A stretch of 64,000 bases of DNA from assembly GCF_964213995.1 (NCBI RefSeq), contig NC_135815.1:57350001-57414000 (forward strand). The letters are read 5' to 3'. This DNA is from Mustelus asterias. Lineage: Eukaryota. This document shows positions 48,866 through 60,866 of the stretch, one piece after another. The notes below the pieces were generated by a model. It did not search any database, was not told the origin of the DNA, and saw nothing but the letters and a program-made list of their open reading frames with translations. The stretch's first letter is position 1. Each line of letters starts with the position of its first letter. The position numbers and the translations under genes are program-made.

Positions 48866-50639
48866 CTGAACAAAGGGAGTTTTAAGCAGAGGTTTTAACA
48901 CAAAGTGACATCAAAGTTCCAGGTATAAATCTCATGACTTTTGGTGCAACACTGTGGCCAATTCTCACAAACTCATTGAAAATATTTGGCTTTTTACATA
49001 GATTTGAAAAACATGTATTATTTTCATTCTTGCACATGCAGCAATTGTAAGTATTATTACACTAACACATTTGACTGCTAACGTAATGACCAAAACACAC
49101 AACCAATCATCCCAGCCTCTACAGAGTGGCTCGCCAAGTTTAATCGGGATGTAGATAAGGCAAACTGATAAGCACGTTCCCAGATTTTATCCTTAATCTA
49201 TGCTGAGGTACATGCAGTGCTATATTGAACAATGAGCTTTCCAGCTGAACCTGGTGGTATCCTCAATTCTCTGTTCTCGCAGGTGCATGTCCCAGCAATC
49301 TGAAGCTTTCTGAGATTAGTTAATCAAACACAAGCCAGGGATTGAAGCTGGAATCTCTTGATTTTATATGGTTTAGTACCATCCACAAATTACAGTTTTA
49401 AATAAATTACAGATTCAGCACCACAATAAAAAAAAGACAAATGCAAAATCCTGATTAATATGCAGTCTGGAGCTAAAATCAATCTTTAGGCTTTACTATG
49501 AAACTGAGCTCTCCTGATATTTGTGTAACATTTACTATTTGGTAAATGCCAATTAAGGCCAGGATCAGCCATTTATATATCAAGCAGATTTAGATGTTGT
49601 TCATTGTATCTCTGCGTTTATAACGCTGACAGTAATACATAAACTCTTTCTCTTTATATATTGTCAGTGGCCAGGGTTGTTTACATTTATTTAAGTGCTT
49701 TCCATTTAACTGATTATTCGTCTGCTAAGGTAGGTGAAAAATAGCTGAAAGAAAAAAAAACAAGATGACTTGTACATTTCTAAATTCCATAAGAAATAAA
49801 TGATGCTTTTTGATTTTGCCTCAGTTTCTGAAATTATTTACAGAAGAATTTAACAGAAAAATTAGTTTGGATGGCAAAGATGCTAAAGCTGTCTTTTGTG
49901 ACTCTGCTACAAGATTTGAATAACAATCGTCTGAATAGATTTGAAGCTTTTTGTTAAGACAGCATAAAGCAAAAGATTCAGTATTCATACCATGTAAAAA
50001 TGTGACTTTGGAATGGACTTGAGATATTTGATTTCATGACTGAGTTGGGAGAATTCTGACTGCTGATCAAATAACCGTCTTGTGGTATTCTAAAAAAGAC
50101 AGATTGAAGAACTTGTCAGTAGTTCTAGTAGCTGAGATACAAAGCACCGAGCAAATGACATGTAAACACTCAGCCACAGGAAGCCATTAACAACACTGGC
50201 CACCAATTAGGACCCAGCAGGTAACCTTAACACTGCCTGCTGATGCTGCTCCACCTCTCCTTCTTTCACATAACTCACTGTTTTAACGGAGGAAACAACA
50301 GGCTGTTTCATTTATCCAGCAATTTGTACCAAAAGATCCCTGCTGACAAGACTATAAAACCGTTTGTAGTCCTTCTCTGCCTTCTTTTCATTGTGTGCCA
50401 TAATAAGCAGCAATTACTGGCTGCAAAACAACTCTGCTTCTTACAAGAAAAAGGGAAATGAAGATTCGGTAATGTCCTCGGACTTCTCTGAAGTCATTTA
50501 TGCAAAACGCATGTCTCCCCTTTTTTTTAGAAAATAAATATATTGTTTATTTTCTCCTCAACTTCTTTACTTGTTTTATATCAATGAAGATGCTCTATTG
50601 CGGTTTGATGACCAATTCATCAGATGTAATTCTAATATT

Positions 50640-51018
50640 TTTGATTTGATTTGATTTATTATTGTCACATGTATTAGTATACAGTGAATAGTATTGTTTC
50701 TTGCGTGCTATACAGTCAAAACATACCGTACATAGAGAAGGAAAGGAGAGAGTGGAGAATGTAGTGTTACAGTCATAGCTAGATCAACTTAATGCGAGGT
50801 AGGTCCATTCAAAAGTCTGATGGCAGCAGGGAAGAAGTTGTTCTTGAGTCAGTTGGTACATGATCTCAGACTTTTGTATCTTTTCCTGATGGAAGTGTCT
50901 GCGGTGTGTTTGGGTCCTTGGTTATGCTGGCTGCTTTTCCGAGGCAGCTGGAAGTGTAGACAGAGTCAATGGATGGGAGGCTGGTTTGCGTGATGAACTG
51001 GGCTTCATTCATGACCCA
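50640..51018 (-). mobile_element. Rex/Babar-like LINE 3' fragment (also about 52640-52812)
   Basis: Minus strand ends tgtgacaataataaa(tcaaa)n. Coding remnant LPSIDSVYTSSCLGKAASITKDP...LPSG. Confidence 0.75.
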
Positions 51019-51189
51019 ATGCATTACAATATTTTTAACAATAGGTTTTGAAATTTTGAAATCTTTATTATTATCTTCACTTTTTAAATAGTTTACCTGC
51101 ATTTGCACAGTGCTCATCATTTCATGTTGTCTAAAAAGAATGGATTATGTTTGGGCTGAAGGGTTGCTGCTGCATAAGCTGATTTTCAT

Positions 51190-51425
51190 ATGCTCCGGTT
51201 TTTCCTGGGTGCTCCGGTTTCCTCCCTCTCAAAGATGTGTCGGTTAGGGGGATTGGCCATGCTAAATTCTCCTTATTGTCTCAAAATGTGTAGGTTAGGT
51301 GGATTAGTGGGGTAAATATGTGGGGTTACGGGGGTAGGGTCTGGGTGGGATCATCTGTCGGAGAGTCGGTACAGACTCAATGGGCGGAATGGCCTCCTTC
51401 TGCACTGTAGGGATTCTATGATATG
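51190..51425 (+). mobile_element. 5'-truncated V-SINE, type A
   Basis: Partial V-core plus CR1-type tail. Confidence 0.85.
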
Positions 51426-51534
51426 AGTAGTAACACTACAATGATTCTCCGACAACAGTTCTCAAATCATTAAACATTACAGGTTTAACATTTTAAAATT
51501 GTCTCTCATTTGAAATGGCAACAATTTGATGGAG

Positions 51535-52235
51535 CATAAGACCATAAGACATTGGAGCAGAATTAGGCCACTCAGCCCATCGAGTCTGCTCCACCATTCA
51601 ATCATGGCTGATATTTCTCTCATCCCCATTCTCCTGCCTTTTCCCCATAACCCCTGATCCCCTTATTAATCAAGAACCTATTTATATTTGTCTTAAAGAC
51701 ACTCAATGACCTGGCCTCCACAGCGTTCTGCGGCAAAGAGTCCCACAGATTCACCACTCTCTGGCTGAAGAAATTCCTCCTCATCTCTGTTTTCAAGGAT
51801 CGTCCCTTTCGCCTGAGGTTGTGCCCTCTGGTTCTAGTTTTTCCTACTAGTGGAAACATCCTCTCCACGTCCACTCTATCCAGACCTCGCAGTATCCTGC
51901 AAGTTTCACTAAGATCCCCTCTCGTCCTTCTAAACTCCAACGAGTACAAACCCAGATTCCTCAACCATTACTCATATGACAAAAAGCTCTTCATTCCAGG
52001 GATCATTCTTGTGAACCTCCTCTGGACCCTTTCCAAGGCCAGCACATTCTTCCTTAAAAATGGGGCCCAAAACTGCTCACAATACTCCAAATGGGGTCTG
52101 ACCAGAGCCTTATACAGCTTCAGAAGTACATCCCTGCTCTTGTATTCTAGCCCTCTCGACATGACTGCTAACATTGCATTTGCCTTCCTTACTGCCAACT
52201 GAACCTGCATGTTAATCTTAAGAGAATCTTGAACA
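51535..52235 (-). mobile_element. 5'-truncated CR1 LINE
   Basis: ORFs 51968..52210 and 51620..51964 encode the CR1 ORF2 C-terminus. Confidence 0.93.
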
Positions 52236-52877
52236 ATCTTGAATCTTGAAGCAAGATCTTATAATGTTGTCATTAGAATCCTTTAATCAATTTACTAAAA
52301 TGGTAACTCTTGGACAATAGATTGGTATTTGGATACTTCTTTGTGAAAGCATGTTCCTTTTTCATTCTGCAGACTGCTTCATGCATTAAACAAAGACATT
52401 CAAGTTTCTTACAAGTTGTTTTTTTAAACTTTTTTTTATGGTTTTGCCTTTGATTCTGGAGTTGTGTATTGTACCTCAGACATAGTCTGTGTTCTATGCG
52501 CATTTGGGCATGACAGGATATACTGTAGTGTTAAAGGAATGCATTACAATAACCTGGGAAGATGGGACTATCTGCTGCCCTCCAGTGACAACAAAATGAT
52601 AGTGACTAATAGAAACAACTTGGGCTTTTTAAATTTGATTTTGATTTGATTTGATTTGATTAATTCTTGTCACGTGTATTAGCATACAGTGTTATTTCTT
52701 TCTTGCTATACAGACAAAGCATACCGCTCATTGAGAAGGAAAGGAGAGAGTGCAGAATGTAGTGTTTCAGTCAAAGCCAAGGTCTAGAGAAAGATCAATT
52801 TAGTGCGAGGTAGTTTTTCATTTAACACCAGATTTAAAGTGCTAATAGTATGTAGTGAGCCGCTAATGCTATTAATT

Positions 52878-53205
52878 CATAGAGTCATAGAATCCGTACA
52901 GTGAAGGAGGCCATTTGGCCCATCAAGTCTGCACCAACTTTTGACCAGGCTTACCCTGTAACTCCAAGTATTTACTGGGGTAACCCCCCTAACCTTGGGA
53001 CCCTAAGGGGCAATTTAGCATGGCCAATCAACCTAACCTGCACATCTGAGGGCTGTGGGAGGAAACCGGAGCACCTGGAGGAAACCCACGCATACTTGGG
53101 GAAAAATGTGCAATCTGCACACAGACAGCCATCTGAGGCTGGAATGAACCCGGGTCCCTGATGCTGTGAAGCAGCAGTGCTAACCACTGTGCCACCGTGC
53201 CATGC
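52878..53205 (-). mobile_element. HE1-like V-SINE, type A
   Basis: Reverse complement head, core and tail. Confidence 0.88.
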
Positions 53206-54145
53206 CACCTGTGATGCCATCAGATTTCTACAACACATTATTGCATAAGGAGTAATAACATCTTATTAAAACCTTGACCAGTGGAATTTAACGGACAGAT
53301 TTCAGAGCACACATGTCACAGGTGTGTTGATCATTACTAAAAAATATCGGTTTATCATTTCAATTTTGCTTTCTTTTACTCTTATTTTTCTCCTGTGCCA
53401 TTTCCCCACTTAATAAGAGGCAAGATGAGTTTCTCCCTGGCCATTGCCAATGCTGCTCTTGTTTGAGAGAGTCACAAGAGATAATAACCTTAACATACTC
53501 CGCCGTGTTTTTAATTCATGTCATCACTTCAACATATACAGCTCTTATTTGGGAACTCATTATAGGAAACCTTTCGGTACAAGCTTGTTTCCCATCATAG
53601 AATCATTAAATACTCACAAGTTAGCCACCATCAGAAACTTGCTGTTCTCTCTTTACACAGTTGCCTCCAGGCTAAAAATGTATTCAGAAACAACCCAATG
53701 GCAGCACTGATGAAGCCCCGAGGAGGCAGTTACACGTCATCAATTAGAAAGGGTTGCCAGTGTCAAAGTACTTTCTGAACAATATTTGTATCTGGTTTGC
53801 CAGTTTGATTTTGACTTGTCAGCTTTAGATATGGGGGATTGTGATCCGAGGAGAGCAAGGGGGGAAATGGGGATGGGAGGACTGGCCCAGGAAAAAGCTG
53901 AAAAACCGTCTGAAATGTTGGGGAATAGGGAGTAGAGTCTAGATCTGGGATGGGGGGGGGGGGGGGGGTGGTGGGTGAAATAGTCCAGGAGAGTATGGGA
54001 GCATTGTGACTGAAGAAATCAGGAGCTAGGGCTTGGATTAAATAGATAGGTTATGGAACAAAGGCTGGCGATGTAATTTGGGCTGATGATGGAGACTTGG
54101 GGTGATTTTTAAGCTCGTGGTGACAGTCCTGCTGGTGGATCTGAA

Positions 54146-54281
54146 TAAGAAGTTTAACAACACCAGGTTAAAGTCCAACAGGTTTATTTGGTAGCAAAAG
54201 CCACACAAGCTTTCGGAGCTCCAAGCCCCTTCTTCAGGTGAGTTACTGTTACCCCAGTCCAACGCCGGCATCTCCACATCA
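54146..54281. mobile_element. Short Penelope pLTR-end insertion with hammerhead (minus, about 54204-54241)
   Basis: 12 bp TSD ggtggatctgaa (54134-54145 and 54282-54293). Minus strand reads tcac-CTGAAGA-a-GGGGC ttgga GCTCC-GAAA-gctt-gtg. Confidence 0.87.
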
Positions 54282-56010
54282 GGTGGATCTGAAAGCAGAG
54301 GGGTGAGGGTGTGGGTGAGGAGGGGTCAGCACACTTCAGCAGTCTGCAGGACAGAGGGCTGGATTTCAAGAGCAGCAGCCAGCTGATTGGTTACCCCCAG
54401 GGTATCTGTCTCCATGCAGGGTGGCTCTCTGCCACAGGAATTGCTCACCAATCAGACGGTCAGCAGCTCAGCAGCACAACTAGGAGCAGTGACCAACACT
54501 TGCACTGGAGCAAGAGAGAACCAACAATGCCCTCCACTGCTGCCAGCAGACTCTTTCACTTGTTTAATTCAAAAAAGATAAAATGCCTGGACATGTTCCT
54601 TTTGTCTGCTGAAGACAGACTCCTGTATATGAATATATGTAGCTTCGAGCAAGCTGAGTGAGCTATATTGCAAGCTTGACTGGTAATCTTAAATTGGTTT
54701 TAGCGCAATTCTTAGCACATTCATGACTGTTCAGAAAGTGCTGTCCATTCACAGAAACACATCAAATGTCAGACGTTATGCTCCGTCCTTTGTAAGCATG
54801 GGCTAATTGAATATGGTCAGCACTCTGTCTACTGCGATTAGCCAAAGGGACATGTTGTTTGATACGATCTGCCAGCTGTTGGGGTGTGCGACCTATGTAC
54901 CTAGTATTGCACTGGCATTGACCGTATTCAACCATACTGGGCTTGCAAAATTCAGAATCTAATGCCTTATGTTAGATGTGATCTCACGATTTGACTGCAG
55001 ATTTTGCATCTGTCCTGATGAGTGCAACACAAAAATATTCAACAGCATGTCGCTTTTTCTGCAATCCTCAAATTCTGCACTACCAAGTGACTATTTGAAC
55101 TTAACGGTGTTCCAAGTAAAGATTAAGATGGGAAATTAGTCATATTGAAGAGGTTAAAATAAAAATACTAAGTCATAATGTTCATTTGGAGAGCCAGTGC
55201 AGACACAATGGGCTGAATGGCCTTCTGCACCATAACCATTCTGATTCTGTGATATTCAGCAAGATTCTACTCCTCATCAAAAAGAAATTCATATTTTTGG
55301 GTTTATGGAGCATTAAGATACACTTTTAATGATCCCTCAGTTTGATGGTTTTACATCAGTGGCTTTGATATTCAAAGTTCTAAGTTTGATAAAAACACTT
55401 GTACTTGAATACATTTTTCTATAAATTAAGATCAGCAAAAGTAGCCTTTCAGAATAGCTGAGTTGAGTCATCTGGGTTCCCGCGTGGGATCCAACAAGGC
55501 TGACATTTCCCACTTCAATTATAAGGTGAACAGCAAGAAATATTCAATTACGCAAGATCTGACACACATATTTTCAGACATTCTTTAGACTGGCTTCATT
55601 ATCCAGTCTCTCCTTTTCCTCCCTGTTTTACTGGAAAATGGGTGGAATTTAATGATCCTGGTGGGAGGCCAGTCCACTTGCTGGAGAGCTGACGGTAACC
55701 CCAATGTGGCTATTTCCAGCAGCCCCATCGGGATCAAATCCCAGTTAGTCCACTGGCTGCTAGCCAGGTTCCCGGTTCCGCCAGGGTAATTTCTCACAAA
55801 TTCAGGGCAGGTGCCCCACCTCCAAGAGCTGCCTGTCAATCCAGTGCTTTTCCTAAATGGATGAGGAAAAGGCAAAATCACAAAATGTGGATGGCTGCTC
55901 ATGCCTCACAAAGGGATCACAGGACTGTGGTGCTCACCTCTCCAGACAGTTTACCCCTAGTGGCATCCAAACACCTTGTTCCTGGGAAACCTGGTGTTAT
56001 TTCCTCTATA

Positions 56011-56436
56011 GTAAGAAGTCTAACAACACCAGGTTAAAGTCCAACAGGTTTATTTGGTGGCAAAAGCCACACAAGCTTTTGGAACAGGCTGTCCCTTCGT
56101 CAGGTGGGTGGGAGTTCTGATTACAAACAGGGCACAAAGACACAAACTCAATTTACATGAATAATGATTGGAATGTGAGTCTTTACAGCTAAATCAAGTC
56201 TTAAAGGTACAGAGTGGAGGGAGCATTAAGCACAGGTTAAAGAGATGTGTATTGTCTCCAGACAGGCAGGTTGTGGGGGTTCCAGATAGTGTGACATGAA
56301 CCCAATATCCCAGTTGATAGCCAGGTTCCACACACGAGGACGGCCTCAACCGGGATATTGGGTTCATGTCACACTATCTGTAACCCCCACAACCTGCCTG
56401 GATGTGCAAAATCTCACTAGCTGTCCTGTCTGGAGA
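56011..56436 (-). mobile_element. Penelope 3' fragment with inverted 5' junction
   Basis: pLTR end as at 16188. About 56250-56317 is inverted at about 56346-56436. Confidence 0.85.
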
Positions 56437-58811
56437 CGCTCTGATAGGAAACAGCCTGACATGTACTACTGTCCTGCAAGATGGCGTTATCAGGCCAGTC
56501 AACTCCAACTGTTGCCACCCCAGTTGCCCCTGTGATTGTGATCCATCAATGACTGGTCTAATAGCAGCTGCCAATTCTGAAAGTTCTGAAAGGCAGCAGC
56601 AAGTGTCATGGCAACCAGGTTGTCACAAGCCTGTGGAGGGTACTGTACCGGGTAATGCCACCAGAGCTACAATGTGTGCCTCTGTAGAGGTGGAGACAGA
56701 GATTGGTACCTGGTTGCTTCTTAGTTGAGGACCTGCTGTCACATGCTCCATTGGTATCTGCAAGGAAGAATATACTTCCTTGACAGTGTCACAAATGAGA
56801 GTTGTATACACAAGGTTCACCCTGTCAGTTGCTGCACATCTGTGGTGAGTGATCTCAGAGCCTGCACAACATCACACCAACACAGAGTGGCAGCAGAATG
56901 TGCTATCTAAAAGATGCACTGCAGGAACTCACAAAGGCTCCTTAGGCAGCACCTTCCCAACCCACGGCTACTACCATCTTATCTAGAAGGAAAAGGGCAA
57001 CAGGCACATGGGAACACCACCACCTAGTGGTTCCCCTCCTAGCCACTCATCATCCTGTCTTGGAAATATATCACTGTTCCTACACTGTCGCTGGGTCAAA
57101 GTCCTGGAACTCCTTCGCTATAACAGCACTGTGGGTTTACCTATACTACATGGACTGCAGTGGTCAAGAAGGCAGCTCACCATCACCCTCTCAAAGGCAA
57201 TTAGGGAAAGATAAATGCTGGCCTAGCCAATGATATCCACATCACATGAATGAATAATAAAATTCAATGTTTTCAACAGAGTACCCATGGGTTCTGGGTG
57301 CCATGCCTTGGAACCCAGTGGCAGCATTCTCCTCCGATTCCATTGGAAGGGGGTATATCTGTACTCATGGTCTGTGGATCATCAAGTGGACAACATCACC
57401 AACACTTGGCAGCAATCTTGAGCCCGCATTCACTCTCCATGCAAATGCTGGCAGGGGCTCAAGATCCAGAAGTCACAGATCCCGCCAGCGAGATTGTGAT
57501 CTCGGATCTTCCCACCCCTCAACAGCAACATCATCAGCTTTACATTAATTTCAACAAATTTTAATATCATTAACCCATTTCCTCGCCAGATATTGACCCT
57601 CTCGCCGTATATTGACACTGTGCCAATGTGACGTCTCGTTAGGACACTCTGCAGTGCTCAGAGTGTGGGAGATTCATTCTAAAAATCACGGTTTTAAAAA
57701 ACCAGCAGGAGTTACTCCAATTTTTACATGAATTCGGCACTTAGAATTTTTTTGGGAGAAGGGACCGCCTAGATGAGCCCTGTGCTGGTGACACAAGATA
57801 TAAAAATAATTGTTGCCAATAAAACCCAGAATACAAATACAATAATTATTGTCCTATTTAAAACACAGTGCAATCTCCAGAGACCATGCTATGTTTGGGT
57901 TATTTACTATGTAAATGCAGCTATATAAATATAAGTTATTGTTGTTGGTGGTAGCAGCATATTCCATATAAGGTAGTGCCCTGAAGCCAGTTGCAGCCGA
58001 ATTTTCAGAGAGTTGGGATGACTTGGGAGCCTTTTAAAAATGATGTTCGGTCCCAATTCCAAGATTCCTGACTCTATTCCCAGGGTTTCTGATTTTCAGG
58101 AGTGTCTTTCGAGGCTGTGAGCCTCCACCTGTCATTCACTACCTGGTTAGCTCCAATTCAGGGAGAGGCATGTCCTGGCACTTCGCAATTGTCAGGGAGT
58201 CAGACCATCATTTTTGTTGTGGTTTACAACACTTAAATTTACATGAGGGAAGTTCAAAAAGTCCTCTTCATGCCCGTCATTGAGTTGCACATATTTGTGC
58301 TTTAGTAGTGGCTATTATTGCTCTGAACCCATTGCACATCTCTGGAAGTGATTCCACCAAAGGGGCAAATAGCTTTCCTTATGAATGATGTAATTATGTA
58401 TATTATACATTGTGTAATGGGGCATGGTCCTTTCTAATACTGCAATGTTGCATTGATTGCTGTACGTTATTTTGTAATGGCGGAATAAGCGATTAATTGG
58501 TAAGTTTTTACTAAGACAACTAAGTGTTAACATTCCCAGTTTCATCTTCACTGCATTAATTTTCACCTCATGAACTTCTGTTGAACTTTGTTGAACTTTG
58601 TTGAATTCTAAAAGAATTTTGACCCCGAGTTTACAGAAGTAGCAAACGCTAGGTCAAGTGTTCTCTCTCCCAAGAATGAACACAACATTTTTCTTAAATC
58701 CTAATAAGAATCCTGGAAAACACCGCCCCCCCCCCGCCCCTCCAGTGTATGTATTATTTTAACAAGTAAGAATATTCTCAGATGCACAGTGCTCTTCATT
58801 CACACACACAC

Positions 58812-58970
58812 CTGTTTCTTTTCCTGCTCTTCAATGTTCCGCTGGAACTGGAGATCCCGTTCTTTGATTTCCTGACGTTGTCGTTGTACTTTCTTGCTGA
58901 GTAGCTCCATGTATTGTAAACGCATGGCATTCCACAGCCTGTACATATTCTTGTAAGCCTCCAGGTGGCG
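58812..58970 (-). CDS. Internal coding exon A of an unidentified minus-strand host gene (RHLEAYKNMYRLWNAMRLQYMELLSKKVQRQRQEIKERDLQFQRNIEEQEKKQ)
   Basis: 159 nt open frame, phase 0/0. Acceptor ...ggtcattgtttAG, donor CAG|GTGTGT. Coiled-coil-like composition in non-repetitive sequence. Confidence 0.8.
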
Positions 58971-59021
58971 CTAAACAATGACCAATAATCAAGTTTATCA
59001 TTTATACACAGGCTTTGATAT

Positions 59022-59981
59022 AAAGAACAAAGAACAAAGAACAGTACAGCACAGGAAACAGGCCCTTCGGCCCTCCAAGCCTGTGCCGCTCCTTGGTCCA
59101 ACTAGACCAATCGTTTGTATCCCTCCATTCCCAGGCTGCTCATGTGACTATCCAGGTAAGTCTTAAACGATGACAGCGTGCCTGCCTCCACCACCCTACT
59201 TGGCAGCGCATTCCAGGCCCCCACCACCCTCTGTGTAAAAAACGTCCCTCTGATGTCTGAGTTATACTTCGCCCCTCTCAGCTTGAGCCCGTGACCCCTC
59301 GTGATCGTCACCTCCGACCTGGGAAAAAGCTTCCCACTGTTCACCCTATCTATACCCTTCATAATCTTGTATACCTCTATTAGATCTCCCCTCATTCTCC
59401 GTCTTTCCAAGGAGAACAACCCCAGTCTACCCAATCTCTCCTCATAGCTAAGACCCTCCATACCAGGCAACATCCTGGTAAACCTTCTCTGCACTCCCTC
59501 CAATGCCTCCACGTCCTTCTGGTAGTGCGGCGACCAGAACTGGACGCAGTACTCCAAATGTGGCCTAACCAGCGTTCTATACAGCTGCATCATCAGACTC
59601 CAGCTTTTATACTCTATACCCCGTCCTATAAAGGCAAGCATACCATATGCCTTCTTCACCACCTTCTCCACCTGTGTTGCCACCTTCAAGGATTTGTGGA
59701 CTTGCACACCTAGGTCACTCTGTGTTTCTATACTCCTGATGACTCTGCCATTTATTGTATAACTCCTCCCTACATTATTTCTTCCAAAATGCATCACTTC
59801 GCATTTATCCGGATTAAATTCCATCTGCCACCTCTCCGCCCAATTTTCCAGCCTATCTATATCCTGCTGTATTGCCCGACAATGCTCTTCGCTATCCGCA
59901 ATTCCAGCCATCTTCGTGTCATCCGCAAACTTGCTGATTACACCAGTTACACCTTCTTCCAAATCATTTATATATATCACA
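59022..59981 (-). mobile_element. Young 5'-truncated CR1 LINE
   Basis: Uninterrupted 292 aa ORF2 C-terminus (59102..59980) and (TTCTTTG)n tail. Confidence 0.95.
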
Positions 59982-60554
59982 AATATGCCACAAATTGAAT
60001 ACGTTTATGGCTATTGGTCTAAAACTATGAGTTTGTTAAATACATGTGGCACAAAAAGGGATGATTTCACACCAGAGAGATTCCCTTTGTGTGCCAAGGT
60101 GAATGAATGACTTTTACTATTAATAAGCTCTGAAGGATTTTGACAGCTGAGGGAAGTGGTTTTAGTTCCTGATGAATATGAACCTTTTATTTTACAGTAT
60201 GTTCCGTTGTGATTTATTGTCATTTGATGTAAAGTGAACACCTGCTCCTCCTTTGAGGCTCTCTGTTCAAGCCCACTCGCCTCTCATTTAAAATCCTTGT
60301 TCTCGACAGCCCACCCAAGTATCATGAAAATGTTCTCACCAAGATATCTGCATTCCTTTTCTCTCTCAGCATCTGACTGAGTGACTTCTTACCCTAGGTG
60401 ACATCAACCTCCATCTCAATTTATCCTGCTCTCTCTTCTCTGAGTTCACTGTCCCCTTATCCTCCCTCGATCCCTTTCCAGTATAAACTCCCCAACCGTA
60501 TTCACAGTTACCTCCGTGATCTGACCATTTCACATGTCCCACTGCACCCATATC

Positions 60555-60866
60555 ATCATAGAATCCCTACAGTAAAGGAGAGCATTCGGCCCATCGAGCC
60601 TGCACCGACAACAATCTCACTCTATTCCTGTAAACCCACATATTTACCTTGCTAATCCCCCCAAAACTAGGGTCAATTTAGCATGGCCAATTAACCTAAC
60701 CCACACATCTTTGGACTGCGGGAGGAAACTGGAGCACTCGGAGGAAACCTACACAGACACAGGGAGAATGTGCAAACTCCAAACAGACAGTGACCCGAGC
60801 TGGGAGTTGAACCCGGGTCCCTGGCGCTGTGAGGCTGCAGTGCTAACTACTGTGCCACTGTGCCAC
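60555..60866 (-). mobile_element. HE1-like V-SINE, type A
   Basis: Reverse complement head, core and tail. Confidence 0.88.
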
